Both the position numbers and the translations under genes were made by a program. DNA of 64,000 nucleotides, taken from Eledone cirrhosa. Its lineage: Eukaryota. Below, piece by piece: positions 12,444 to 24,140 of this stretch. Each line of letters opens with the position of its first letter. Positions within the stretch are counted from its first letter, which is position 1. Below the pieces are notes generated by a model. It ran no database searches. It worked only from the letters and a program-made list of their open reading frames with translations, and was not told the DNA's origin. The DNA lies in assembly GCA_964016885.1 (NCBI GenBank), contig OZ024741.1, positions 316,882,001 through 316,946,000 of the forward strand, in the 5' to 3' direction.

Positions 12444-13034
12444 CTTATTATCCATTTCATTATCATATTTCTAATAAAATACACAACCTATGATTTCCAA
12501 ATAATTTTGAACCCCTCTGAACTCTTGATTATTTTCAAATTTATTTGAAAATCAGGTTGAAAACTATGACAGGCTGGTTGTGTCTGAGATTTTTCTATCA
12601 CAGGTATGCTTGGTTTGAGCTGACTTGGGGCCTGAACTAACACACACGCATATCTATATAGCTATGTGTGTATCGCAGACGTGTTTATAAGCACGTTCGC
12701 ACTATATCTTATATTAACAAGTATCAACAGTACTTATTACAACAACAACAACAACGCGCTTAACTAGGTGCAGCGGTATTTCCTCTAACAGAACGTAGTG
12801 ACTTTGGTAGTAGTAGTAGTAGTAGTAGTAGTAATAATAGTTGGTGAGTGTTTGTAAATATTGAGTAGGTTTGTGCTGATCGTTATAAACAATGTTTTAT
12901 GTCAATATTGTGTATAACAAGGTTAACTTAGTGGAACCTATCCCCAACGACTGATGACTAATCTCAGTGATAGGTCAATAACTTCTGTTAAACTAAGGAT
13001 AGATAACCCTTATTTTTTTTATATGACGCTAAAC

Positions 13035-13339
13035 CAGGAGTGGGAAACCATTTTATGCTGGAAGGCCACTTAGAAATTAATTGACATCTAATGTAGCCAG
13101 ATTTTGAAAAATTGCCATCTCAGTAAACCTCAGTAAGTTACGAAATATAATTAGAAATGTAAATTTTGCTACGAGTCATAATTAGTTGAAATAATAAATG
13201 TTAAATAAAATGAATATCAGCAAAAACTATATTCCAGTATGAAGGTTTGCCTTCGAACGCTGTGCTTCTTTCAGAAGGTAACATTTAGTTTTATAGAAGA
13301 TTACATGTGGCTTTAAGGTCGCAGATTCCTCGACTCCAG
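13035..13339. mobile_element. Old hAT-type MITE
   Basis: Degenerate TIRs CAGGAGTGGGAAACC / GATTCCTCGACTCCAG. 8-bp flanks CGCTAAAC / CGTTACAC match 6 of 8. Confidence 0.45.
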
Positions 13340-13524
13340 CGTTACACTATATTTGTAGTGTTTTTATGTTCGTTAGACGCTAAACTCCGCCAGTTGCAGA
13401 CTGCGCATCAACATGAGATATTTTTCTCCATAAAGTTCGATCACCAACAGCAGATTTTAAAAAGCAAAGATCAAGTCTAGTCCATAGGTTGACATTATTG
13501 ATCTGTAGCAAGAGTTGCCTCCCT

Positions 13525-13982
13525 TGTTGTGACAATCACATCACCAATAGAGTAACCGTTCTCTAGACAGGAAGTAGCTGGAGTTGCTTCCCGTTGGGGT
13601 GGCAGAGCCCTTTTTGTCACTTCCGTCCCAGGACCTATAAAGGGAATAACTTTCAGCTCTCTACCTCTCATTTGCCTTTCGGCTCCTGGCCTTCTAACCT
13701 GCCTGGCCCTTCGGCCAGGCGCGTTCGACTGGCAACCCTAACATGGTCTCTTGCGAGCTAACTTCAAAACGGTAACAAATAACTTTACTTCATTCTTTCA
13801 TCTACTTTCATTGACTTGCCAACTATACTATTCTACATAACTGCAAATTGTTAATTATACGTTATATACACAACTGAGACTTTTATATTCATACAATCCA
13901 GTATTCGGTTATAGATCCATCGTTTTGGCTACCGGCCTCTGCTTCTCTTACCAGCCAACCTTCCTCCCAGGCATAACTTACA
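13525..13982 (+). mobile_element. Possible solo LTR
   Basis: TGTTGT...TTACA ends, internal TATAAA at ~13636, unique GC-richer block. No convincing TSD. Confidence 0.35.
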
Positions 13983-13984
13983 CC

Positions 13985-14340
13985 ACGAGTTGATTTTTTA
14001 TATGACCGTCTAGTTTGAGTACTCTTGACTTGACAATTGATGCAATTGGTCTAAGTTTGGTAATGTTGCGCAGCTCACTGATACAGATACGGTCGCAGAG
14101 CCGCTTGTCTGACATAAGTCTCATGATGTGGTTCTGGAATGTAGAAAGCTTCTAAAGTGACCTTGTCGTCCAATTAACACAATCAAGACCATATAACACA
14201 TCTGGTAGGATGTAAATATCGAAGATCTTAGACTTCAAATGATAGGAAACTCGTTTTGATGTTAGTACTTCCTTGTTCTTGTTGAGAGCTGCCCAAACTA
14301 GAACGATGCGATATTGCAACCATTCCATTTTTGTTTGATG
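13985..14340 (-). mobile_element. RTE-like LINE C-terminal fragment
   Basis: AALNKNKEVLTSK..LKSKIFDIYILPDVLYGLDC..KLSTFQNHIMR..GHI. Confidence 0.7.
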
Positions 14341-14475
14341 ATAGTTTGTGACCGAGATATACAAACTCCATAACTTCAGCAATTTGCTGGTTGTACGGAA
14401 ATGTATCTCAGCGTTAGAACATAACCCCCCCTCCCCCCACACACACTCTCTCTCTCACATATATGGAGACAGACA

Positions 14476-14526
<51 letters not shown>

Positions 14527-14609
14527 AGACACACACACAGACACACACAGACACAGACACAGACACAGACACAGACACACACACAGACACAGACGCACAC
14601 ACACACTTA

Positions 14610-14827
14610 TTTTTAACTTTCATTTTCCAACTCTTGTGTTATTTTTATTTTTATTTTTTTCCACTAACTCCCCCCTCATTCCCTCTCGGAGTTCCTCCTC
14701 CTTCTCCTTCCCACCACTCTCCTGATGAAGCGCATATGCCTGAAACGTCGCATCCTCCCCACTCTCAATAAGCGTGAATCTAATACCTTTCGTAACTTGT
14801 ACTCCTATGTTGTTGCTTTTTACTTTC

Positions 14828-14830
<3 letters not shown>
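14610..14830 (+). mobile_element. Probable PLE-type pseudo-LTR fragment with degenerate hammerhead core (14722-14749), ending at (TA)n
   Basis: CUGAUGA-AGcGCA ua UGCCU-GAAA-CGUC. Stem I is poorly paired. Confidence 0.45.
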
Positions 14831-14879
<49 letters not shown>

Positions 14880-15530
14880 GTATGTATATAACGTATAAAT
14901 ATGGGGAAGGGTTCAGCTATATTAACAACAAGGAAGGAAATATTAATGTAGTTTAAACTATGTTTGTAAAATGGGCATGACTGTAATGCCTTTCCTTATG
15001 GGCACACTGGGTTAGCAGCAGCATTAGCAGCAGCAGCAACAAGAACAAACAACAGTAGCAGCAGTACAAACATTATTTGCATTAACGAACCATGGTTCTA
15101 CACGATCGCTGTACATGCTAGAAATTGCAGCTAAAATCTCCTGAAATATATACTATCACCTTAAAAAATAACAAGACACATTGATCTATGTATATAGTCC
15201 CTAATATATGAAATGATGGAGAGACCACGCCTGGAGTGTTTTTTTAATTATAGGAAAGGAAAGGAGCCGAACGTCAGATCGAAGCACGGAAACATCGGTT
15301 CCGTTGCTGATACTATCTCTCGGTCGTAACTCTTGGAAAATACGTCACTGTTTTTCCGATGACAGGAGGTGGGAACAAACTCCACTTCTGCCAATCTACT
15401 TCTACTGAGCTAGTACTTGTTCACCCCCATCTCTCAAAATCTGAAAGTTGACAACAACGTGATTTGAACTTGGGGAGCAGATAGCAGGATCAAATACCGA
15501 CCCTTTAACGATTCAGCTAATTTGACTTAA

Positions 15531-16075
15531 TAATTGTTTCTACTTTGGGCACAAGGCCAGCAATTTGAAAGGGAAGGGAAAGTCGATTAAATCGACCCCT
15601 GCGCATTACTGGTGATTTGTTTTATCGACCCCGTAATGACGAAAGGCAAAGCTAACTCGGTGAGATTTGAACTCAGAACGTAAAGGGCCATAACTTTATG
15701 CTGTAAAGCATGGTGTCTGACACTCTTGGTCAACGTAAGACTAAGTAATGGAGTGGAATGTATCACCATCGGTTTCGACGATGAATGTTCCAATTGTTCT
15801 ATCAACGGAACAGTCCGCTCATGAAATTAGTATGTAAGTGTCTGAGCATTCTACTGGCATATGTACTGTTGATGTAATTCTCACGGAGATTCGACGTGAT
15901 TCAATATGTAACAAGGCTGTTTATTTGAATTATAGGTACAGTCCATCTGATAGGCTTCCAAACAGTTTCCGTCTACCAAATTTCACTTACAGGATTTTGG
16001 TCGACCCATAGCTACAGTAAAATGATAATTACGCAAGATGTCACGCAGTGGGATCGAATCCGGGACTGAGAAGCT
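15531..16075 (-). mobile_element. Cluster of SINE remnants (main family 15531-15730, plus two other cephalopod-type SINE fragments)
   Basis: Reverse-complement match to the main SINE. 15745-15940 matches 50825-51030; 15950-16070 resembles 21610-21710 and 53830-53960. Confidence 0.7.
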
Positions 16076-16732
16076 GACTAGTAGAAGGACCAGTAAAGAT
16101 TGCTGGTAATTTATTGAGCTTCTGTATATAACAGCCAAATGTCCCTGAACAAACTCATTTAGATAAGGATTAACGGAACCAATAATAGACACTTTTAAAT
16201 ATTCGCTCTATATATAACAGTTTAATGCCCTAAAAAAAACTAAACTGACTCTCATTAAGATAAAGACAAACAGAAAGCTGGAAGGCAATCATCTATGTAA
16301 TCAACTGACCTACTGTATATAACAGCTTCATGTTCTTATACTTCCCATTAAGATAAACATCAACAGGAATGAGTAAGGGAAACATCGAAACAGTTTAAAC
16401 CCGCAAACCTCTCATTTCAATCGGCAATGTTGCATCCACCGAGACTAAGCAATCACAACAATAACAACAATAAAGTGTCTATCTAACAATACCCATGAAA
16501 TACATCAGCAGCAGTTGCAGCAGAAGTAGTTCAAACTAAAAAATAAACATTTATGTATATCGAAATATTTCTGGAATTTCCACATTTTATGTAATCGACG
16601 TGGGCATATGTACGTTTGGTCACGTGATCCCAACCAGGCAACCTATTTCATCATCTTTTTAGATAGCTCTCTACATGTGTACACTTGAATGTAAAGAGTC
16701 AATTATACACATATTACTGCGTAAATGATATA

Positions 16733-16774
<42 letters not shown>

Positions 16775-16998
16775 TTACACGTCTATCAATATCATGTGTG
16801 AGTGTACATATAGTACATATATATATATATATATATGCATGTATATATATATATACATATATGTGTGTGTGTGTGTGTGTTTGTTTGTGCGTGCGTGCAC
16901 ACATACATATGCATATATAAAAGTAGATTTATATGCATATGAATATATGTAAATAAACATGTATTTACGTATGTACATGCAAATATACTTGTATTTTG

Positions 16999-17062
<64 letters not shown>

Positions 17063-17399
17063 GTAATAATAATAAATGTGAAGACTAAAATCCGAAGAGG
17101 ACTCGATAAGGATTATATATATAAATATATATAAAAACCGCAGAGCAAATATTTATTAAAATAAAAGATTAAAATTTAAGCAAAGAATCGTTGCTTTCAC
17201 CCTTAACGGGATCTTGTTGCAATAATTTAAGGTGGAGAAAGGTTGATAGTGGGAGTATGGATAGAGAGGATTGTGGTATAGTAGGCGATGGAGTGAAGGG
17301 TGTTGGCTTTGGTTGATGTACCACCTTAGTCTTCTTGCTTGGGGAAGTTTGTGACACCAAAGGGTTCAGAGCATTCATCATTTGACATAATTGATGCTT

Positions 17400-19690
17400 T
17401 TATGTCCTCATGTAAAGATATTATGACATTCAGCATATTGTCAGGTGTGCCAAGCTTTTTGTGATAGACAGTGTTAAAGGCTTTGGTCAAGTCGACAAAA
17501 ATCATAAACAGCTCATGATACTTTTCACGAAACTTCTCTGCAACCTGGCGAAGGGAGATGATTATGTCAATAGTACCCTGACCTGTGTGAAACCACGTTG
17601 GTTTTTCGAGGTAGATATCAGCAAGTCTAGATGTAATTCTGTTGAGAGTGACACGGGCAAGTACCTTACCAACAATGCAGAGAAGGAAGCTACGAAAGTT
17701 GTCATATAGTGAAATAGATGATATTACATCTTCATCTACATTTGACTCAGAATTAAAGACCTCCTCATGGTGTTCCTTCTATCAAGAGAGTATCTGGGCT
17801 TTGTCTATGTATAGGGTTGTACCATCAGTGGATAGAAATGGGTTTGATCTGCTCTCCCTCGTACCATACAATTCCTTCAGGTCATTATAAAGGCCCTTGA
17901 GTCCTTTTTTTCAGCAACTTCAGCAACTTCAACTTTAATTCAGCTGTTTTTGCTACCCACCAAGCATCCTTCATCTTTCTAACTGAGGACTGTACATACT
18001 AATTGCAATTTCTATAGTATTTCCTTTTTAATTGTTGAGTTTTTATCTCTAATTGAAAGCCCGTGTAGGTCGTGCATCTTGCTGATAAGGTTCTGGATAT
18101 ATGAGTTACTTTCATTAAACCACTCCTATTGTTTTTTAATAGGAAATCCTAAAATTTGAATGGAGGCTGCATAGGTGGCATCTCTGAGCCCTTTCCAGGA
18201 AGCCTCAATATCATGAAAAATCTGGAGTCAAGAAATGAGTCAAGTTTTGCAGACAGTTCCAGTCTCTTATCAGTGGATCTCAAAGCACCCTCATCAACCT
18301 TGGGTGAGATAGGTGGGTTTTAAAGATGTCTTTTGGGAGAAATATTGAATGAAACCTTACTGTGCAACAGTGCATGATCTGAGAGATACCAAGAATAGTG
18401 AAAAGAGCAAATGATTTTTAAATCTCTTAAGGGACATGTGCCTATGATGACATAGTCAATCATATGCGAGTCCTTGAATATACGATGCATCCTTGTTGTC
18501 TTATAGTTTGCAGGTTGGGGAAAAAAATCTATTAATGATGCTAAGATCAAATTCTTTGCATAGTGAAAGCAAGCTAAGGCCATTTGAGTTCATAGCTCCG
18601 ACCCCATTAAACCCAAGAATATCATGCTATGTTTTATAGTCATTTCCAACTCTAGCATTGAAATCTTCTATTATGATGAGCCTGTTCGTGTAGAACAGTA
18701 GAGACCACTGTGTGATAGAATATTTCGATATCCTGCTCAGATGGATAGAGAGTTATGGCGTAACAACTCACTAGTGTAACAGAGGTGTTGTTAGCTAGAT
18801 CCAGAGAAAGAGCCATGATACGATCAGTGAGACTTTTGGAGAATGATGTTAGGGATCTAGCAATATCAGATCTAATGATAAAACCAACACCAGATTGACA
18901 ATGGTCTTCTGCACTTTTTCCAGACCAGAAAATCGTGTACCCATATCCAACTTCTTCCATTGGGGATGTACCAAGGTGCCGGGTTTCATTTAGGGCGCAG
19001 ATATCAGTATTATATCTATTGAGTACATTGCAGATAAGGACTGATCTTCATTCTAGATTTGAATTGCTGCCATGCATTCCCAAAACCAAAAGTTTAATAC
19101 TTTGTTTTATTTGGACCGCACATCTGGATAAGCAGACAGTTGTGGTTGACTACCAAGTTAAAAGATTCAGCCAGCAATTGTTTAGGGCTCCTTTTACCGC
19201 CCATGTCCTGTGTAGGGAAAGCAACTCTATGTCTAAAAAGATTGTTTTGTCACCATCAGAGGACACGAAGAGTCAAGAATTGCACATATTTTATGCATGA
19301 ATGGTCATCAGCTGATGGTCGCCAGTGTGTAGAGATCCAGTTAAAGACTTCCTATAATACAATTTACTTGTCCCCGTCGCCTTTACTCTCTCGCCAGTGA
19401 GCTTTGTGTTAATGGTGGGATATCAAATATACAGAACTGGTAGAGCTGTTGAGCTACCCACACAAAGGAATTGTTTATTGTCGTGGAGGCTTTTGTTGGA
19501 CCAACCACACTTTTCGGAAATGTTGATAACAAAGGATTAGTGTAAAAGTATGTCATGAACCCAGTAAACAACAGACCTCAGGTATTGGATGGCCGCTGAC
19601 TCTCAATAATTTCTCCGTTCTTCTATAACAGGTTTTGTTTCCAAAATCACTTTTCTCACCCAGCTCCTAAAGGTGGACGACGGATTAAAT
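17400..19690 (-). mobile_element. Decayed RTE-clade LINE: 5' UTR, APE endonuclease, deleted linker, early RT
   Basis: EEVGYGYTIFWSG..GVGFII..DRIM..VSCYA; HMIDYVI; SDHALL; IVGKVLARV..GTIDIIISLRQVAEK..FVDLTKAFNTV. Confidence 0.85.
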
Positions 19691-19799
19691 CAACTATTTA
19701 AACGGAGGTTTAAACTTTCAGCGCTAAGAATCGGTACAAATACTGTAAGGCAAATTATCTGGCGCTCTAACAATACTGACCTGTAACTATTATTATGGA

Positions 19800-20048
19800 G
19801 AGGCGGTCGATAAAATAAAGTACCAGTAATACACTGGGTAATTGCTGGCCTTGTGCCTAAAGTAGAAACAAATATCGATAGAGAGTCGGACGCCATGCTT
19901 TGCAGCAAAGAGTTACGATGCTTTATGGTCTGAGTTCAAATCCTGCGGAGCTTAACTTTGCCTTTCATCCTTACGGGGTCGATAAAATAAAGTACCAGTA
20001 ATGTACTGGGTAATTGCTGGGCTTGTGCCAAAAGTAGAAACAATTATT
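19800..20048 (+). mobile_element. SINE 3' fragment followed by a near-full SINE
   Basis: Matches the main SINE family. Confidence 0.85.
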
Positions 20049-20715
20049 ACATTTTAAGTCATCCACCCCAGAGAATGAAGACCAAAGTTGACTTCGTGGT
20101 GAATCTGAAAACATATCCCACGTTAATTCACTCACATGGTTTAGGTTAACCCGAGATTATTTATTTATTTAAACGTACGTGTAGAGCTGGTAATCCATGA
20201 CAGACTAGAAAAGGTATCTGGTAAAACTGAGAAAGTTATTTTATACCTCTTATATATGTCTGGTAAAACTGGGAAAGGTGTCTGATGCTGTTATATTTAA
20301 GAAACCAAAACGAGAGAGACAGATGGACAGAGAAGGAAAGAGACAGTAAAATAAGAGGCAAACGAAACAAAAATATGAGCAACTATAGAATATGCTTCGG
20401 TTGTTGAATCTTTTCGTCGACTCCTTGTAATGGAAGACCTTATTTATAGTTGGTAGATCCTTAATATATCGCACATCAAATCTTGATAGTTTTTTAAAGA
20501 TCAGCTTTAAGATGTCCTCTCTTTCTCACAGACTAGTAGTTAAATAATTGGAAGAAATAGTACCATAAATGTTCTGAATAGTCAGCACAAGAACGTAGAG
20601 GGGATTCTATACGATCTGTTCTTGATAAAATATAGATTAAGAGTATATTACCCGTTAGAAGCCAATAAATTCTTTGTTTCTTAATTTTATTCAATGCTAT
20701 ATATATTTTAAATCC

Positions 20716-21200
20716 CGTTCTGCGGTGGTAAACTCCTCATCTGGGATGTCACATGCAACGACACTTTCTCCAGTGGCAACATAGTGCAGTCTATGATTAA
20801 CCCAGTCTCTGCTACACTTCGAGCCGAGGAAAGTGAACTCTTCAAATATCGGTCGCTCTCCGACAGGTGTGCGGTCGAGCCCACAAGAGTTGGCTGAAAA
20901 GTTCATAGGCTGACCAAGATACGCTGGTGGAATGACCAAATGATGTTTATTTTTCAACATAGTCCCTGAAAAGAAACAATGCAGTTATTAATAAGAAGGG
21001 TTGAAATTAATGCATGCAAGATTTCACAGCTCTGGCATCACTCTGCATAGTCAGCCGATTAACTTTTCAGCCGACTCTCGTATATATATAATTGGTCGTT
21101 TTGGAAGCCTCAACAATGCAGATGGGTAAATCTCCGGGTAACAGAATCAGTTGGTAATGAGAGAGATGTAAGAGGAAATGTAGAATGAGCCGTATAGGGT
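20716..21200 (+). mobile_element. CRE-like non-LTR retrotransposon restriction-like endonuclease remnant, interrupted by a MITE
   Basis: + frame reads PFCGGKLLIWDVTCNDTFS...RAEESELFKYRSL, matching the GK.L.WDVTC.DT...AE..K..KY..L pattern. Weak RGN continuation at ~21170. Confidence 0.65.
20884..21082. mobile_element. Mariner-type MITE
   Basis: Inverted ends CAAGAGTTGGCTGAAAAGTTCATAGGCTGAC / GTCAGCCGATTAACTTTTCAGCCGACTCTCG-TA. Confidence 0.65.
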
Positions 21201-21228
21201 GTAGCGGAACGTAGGAAAGAGTGTAAAA

Positions 21229-21449
21229 ATAATTGTTTCTACTTTTGGCACAAGGCCAGCAATTACCCAGTGCTTTACTGGTACTTTATTTTATCGACCC
21301 CGTAAGGATGAAAGGCAAAGTTAACCTCGGCGAGTTCAAATCCCGCCGAGGTTAACTTTGCCTTTCATCCTTACGGGGTCGATAAAATAAAGTACCAGTA
21401 ATGCACTGGTTAATTTCTGGTCTTGTGCCTAAAGTAGAAACAATTATTT
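21229..21449. mobile_element. Inverted (head-to-head) pair of 5'-truncated SINEs
   Basis: 21229-21332 is the reverse complement of ~21344-21449. Confidence 0.9.
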
Positions 21450-21909
21450 AAATTATGTAAGCATTTTGGGGTGTTTACATACAACTGAATTATGTCTGTA
21501 GATCATTTTATTTTTGGGAAAGGTTGTGCATTCGAATAAATATTGCCTGTACTGCTAATCAAACTATGTATACATTTTTGTGGGGACATCCTGTATATAC
21601 GACACATCTGCACTGGTGAAGCCGAGTCTATAGCTGACATTTGCGCAAGGTGCCGCACAATTTGGGTATGAACCCGAACCCCAGTAGTTACAAATAGAAG
21701 TCTTTAAGGCCCAGCCTTGTCTGTTTTTAAATTGACACTTCCCCCTCCATTAATACTGACTGATGAAATGACGTCATAGCACCAACGACGTTCATTAAAT
21801 CACATACAACGGTTTTATTTGTAATATATTTTCTTCTCTCGAAGTCTTATGTAATATCTCGGTCAATTCTGTTCTGTCTTCTGCGAGATCACTGATATGA
21901 CGGTATTGC

Positions 21910-23822
21910 TAGTGATGGTGGTGGTCTTGTCGGTGGTGTTGGTGGTGTTGGTGGTGTTGGTGGTGTTGGTGGGGGTGTGGGTGGTATGTGGGTGGTGGTG
22001 GTGTTGTCAGTGGTGTTGGTAGTGATGGCGGTCTTGTCGGTGGTGTTGGTGGTGTTGGTGGTGTTGGTGGGGTTGTGGGTGGTATGTGGGTGGTGGTGTT
22101 GTCGGTGGTGTTGGTAGTGATGGTGGTGTTGTCGGTGGTGTCGGTGGTGTTGGTGCTGTTGGTGGTGTTGTGGGTGGTATGTGGCTGGTGGTGGTGTTGT
22201 CGGTGGTATTGGTGGTGTTGGTGGTGTTGTGGGTGGTATGTGGGTGGTGGTGGTGTTGTCGGTGGTGTTGGTGGTGTTGGTGGTGTTGTGGGTGGTGTGG
22301 GTGGTACTGATGAAGTAGGTGGTGGTGTTGTCGGTGGTGTTGGTGGTGTTGGTGGTGTTGTGGGTGGTGTGGGTGGTACTGATGAAGTAGGTGGTGGTGT
22401 TGTCGGTGGTGTTGGTGGTGTTGGTGGTGTTGTGGGTGGTGGTGGTGTTGTCGGTGGTGTTGGTGGTGTTGGTGGTGTTGTGGGTGGTATGTGGGTGGTG
22501 GTGGTGTTGTCGGTGGTGTTGGTGGTGTTGGTGGTGTTGTGGGTGGTGTGGGTGGTACTGATGAAGTAGGTGGTGGTGTTGTCGGTGGTGTTGGTGGTGT
22601 TGGTGGTGTTGGTGGTGTTGGTGGTGTTGTGGGTGGTATGTGGGTGGTGGTGGTGTTGTGGGTGGTACTGATGAAGTAGGTGGTGGTGTTGTCGGTGGTG
22701 TTGGTGGTGTTGGTGGTGTTGTGGATGGTGTCGGTGGTGCTGGTGTTGTGGGTGGTACTGATGAAGTAGGTGGTGGTGTTGTCGGTGGTGTTGGTGGTGT
22801 TGGTGGTGTTGTGGGTGGTGTGTGGGTGGTGGTGGTGTTGTCGGTGGTGTTGGTGGTGTTGGTGGTGTTGTGGATGGTGTCGGTGGTGCTGGTGTTGTGG
22901 GTGGTACTGATGAAGTAGGTGGTGGTGTTGTCGGTGGTGTTGGTGGTGTTGGTGGTGTTGTGGGTGGTGTCGGTGGTGCTGGTGTTGTGGGTGGTACTGA
23001 TGAAGTAGGTGGTGGTGTTGTCGGTGGTGTTGGTGGTGTTGGTGGTGTTGTGGGTGGTGTGTGGGTGGTGGTGGTGTTGTCGGTGGTGTTGGTGGTGTTG
23101 GTGGTGTTGTGGATGGTGTCGGTGGTGCTGGTGTTGTGGGTGGTACTGATGAAGTAGGTGGTGGTGTTGTCGGTGGTGTTGGTGGTGTTGGTGGTGTTGT
23201 GGGTGGTGTCGGTGGTGCTGGTGTTGTGGGTGGTACTGATGAAGTAGGTGGTGGTGTTGTCGGTGGTGTTGGTGGTGTTGGTGGTGTTGTGGGTGGTGTG
23301 TGGGTGGTGCTGGTGTTGTCGGTGGTGTTGGTAGTGATGATGGTGTTGTCGGTGGTGTTGGTGGTGTTGGTGGTGTTGTGGGTGGTGTGTGGGTGGTGCT
23401 GATGAAGTAGGTGGTGGTGTTGGAGTAGGTGGTGGTGGTAGGGATGGTGGTGTTGTGGGTGTCGTTGGTGGTGTCGTGGCTGTGAGTGGTGTGGTCGTTG
23501 TTGGTGGTGGAGTGGATGGTGGTGATGAAGTAGGTGGTGTGGTGGTGGTGGTGGTGGTGGTGTCGTGGATGTGAGTGGTGTGGTGGTTGTTGGTGGTGCT
23601 GTGGGTGGTGGTGATGAAGTAGGTGGTACTGTTGCAGTGGGTGGTGGTGGTGGTGGTGTTGTGGCTGTCAGTGGTGTGGTCATTGTTGTTAGTATTGTGG
23701 GTGATGGTGATGAAGTAGGTGGTATTGGTGGTGTGTGATGGTGGTGTTGCTTGAGTGGGGGTTGATACTGGTGTGGTTGTTGTTTTTGTAGGTGTTGGGG
23801 GATGGAGGTGTTGCTATTGTTG

Positions 23823-23853
<31 letters not shown>

Positions 23854-24140
23854 GGTGGTGGCTGGTGTGATTGGTGGGAGGAGGGGTGATGTCGTTGTGT
23901 CTGTTGTTGTAATTGTTGTTGTTGTTGTTGGTGGTGGTAGTGATGGGTGTTGTTGGTGGTGGTAGTGATGGGTGTTGTGGTTGTTGGTGGTGGAGGTGGT
24001 GGTGGTGTGTGTCTGTGTGGGGGGACTTTGTGCCTGTTGTTGCTATTGTTGTTGTTGTTGTTGTTGTTGTTGCGGTTGTTGTTGTTTTTGTTGTTAGTGG
24101 AGGTGGTGTAGTGCCTGATGTTGTTGTTCCCGTTGTTGTT
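21910..24140. repeat. Complex GGT/GTT-derived minisatellite and low-complexity region
   Basis: Recurrent GGTGGTGTT, GGTACTGATGAAGTAGGT and GTCGGTGGT modules. Confidence 0.9.

Noticed and set aside
22300-23420. Repeated CTGATGA in the GGT minisatellite as hammerheads, or the array as CRISPR
   Set aside because: No GAAA partner and no unique spacers; eukaryotic low-complexity context.
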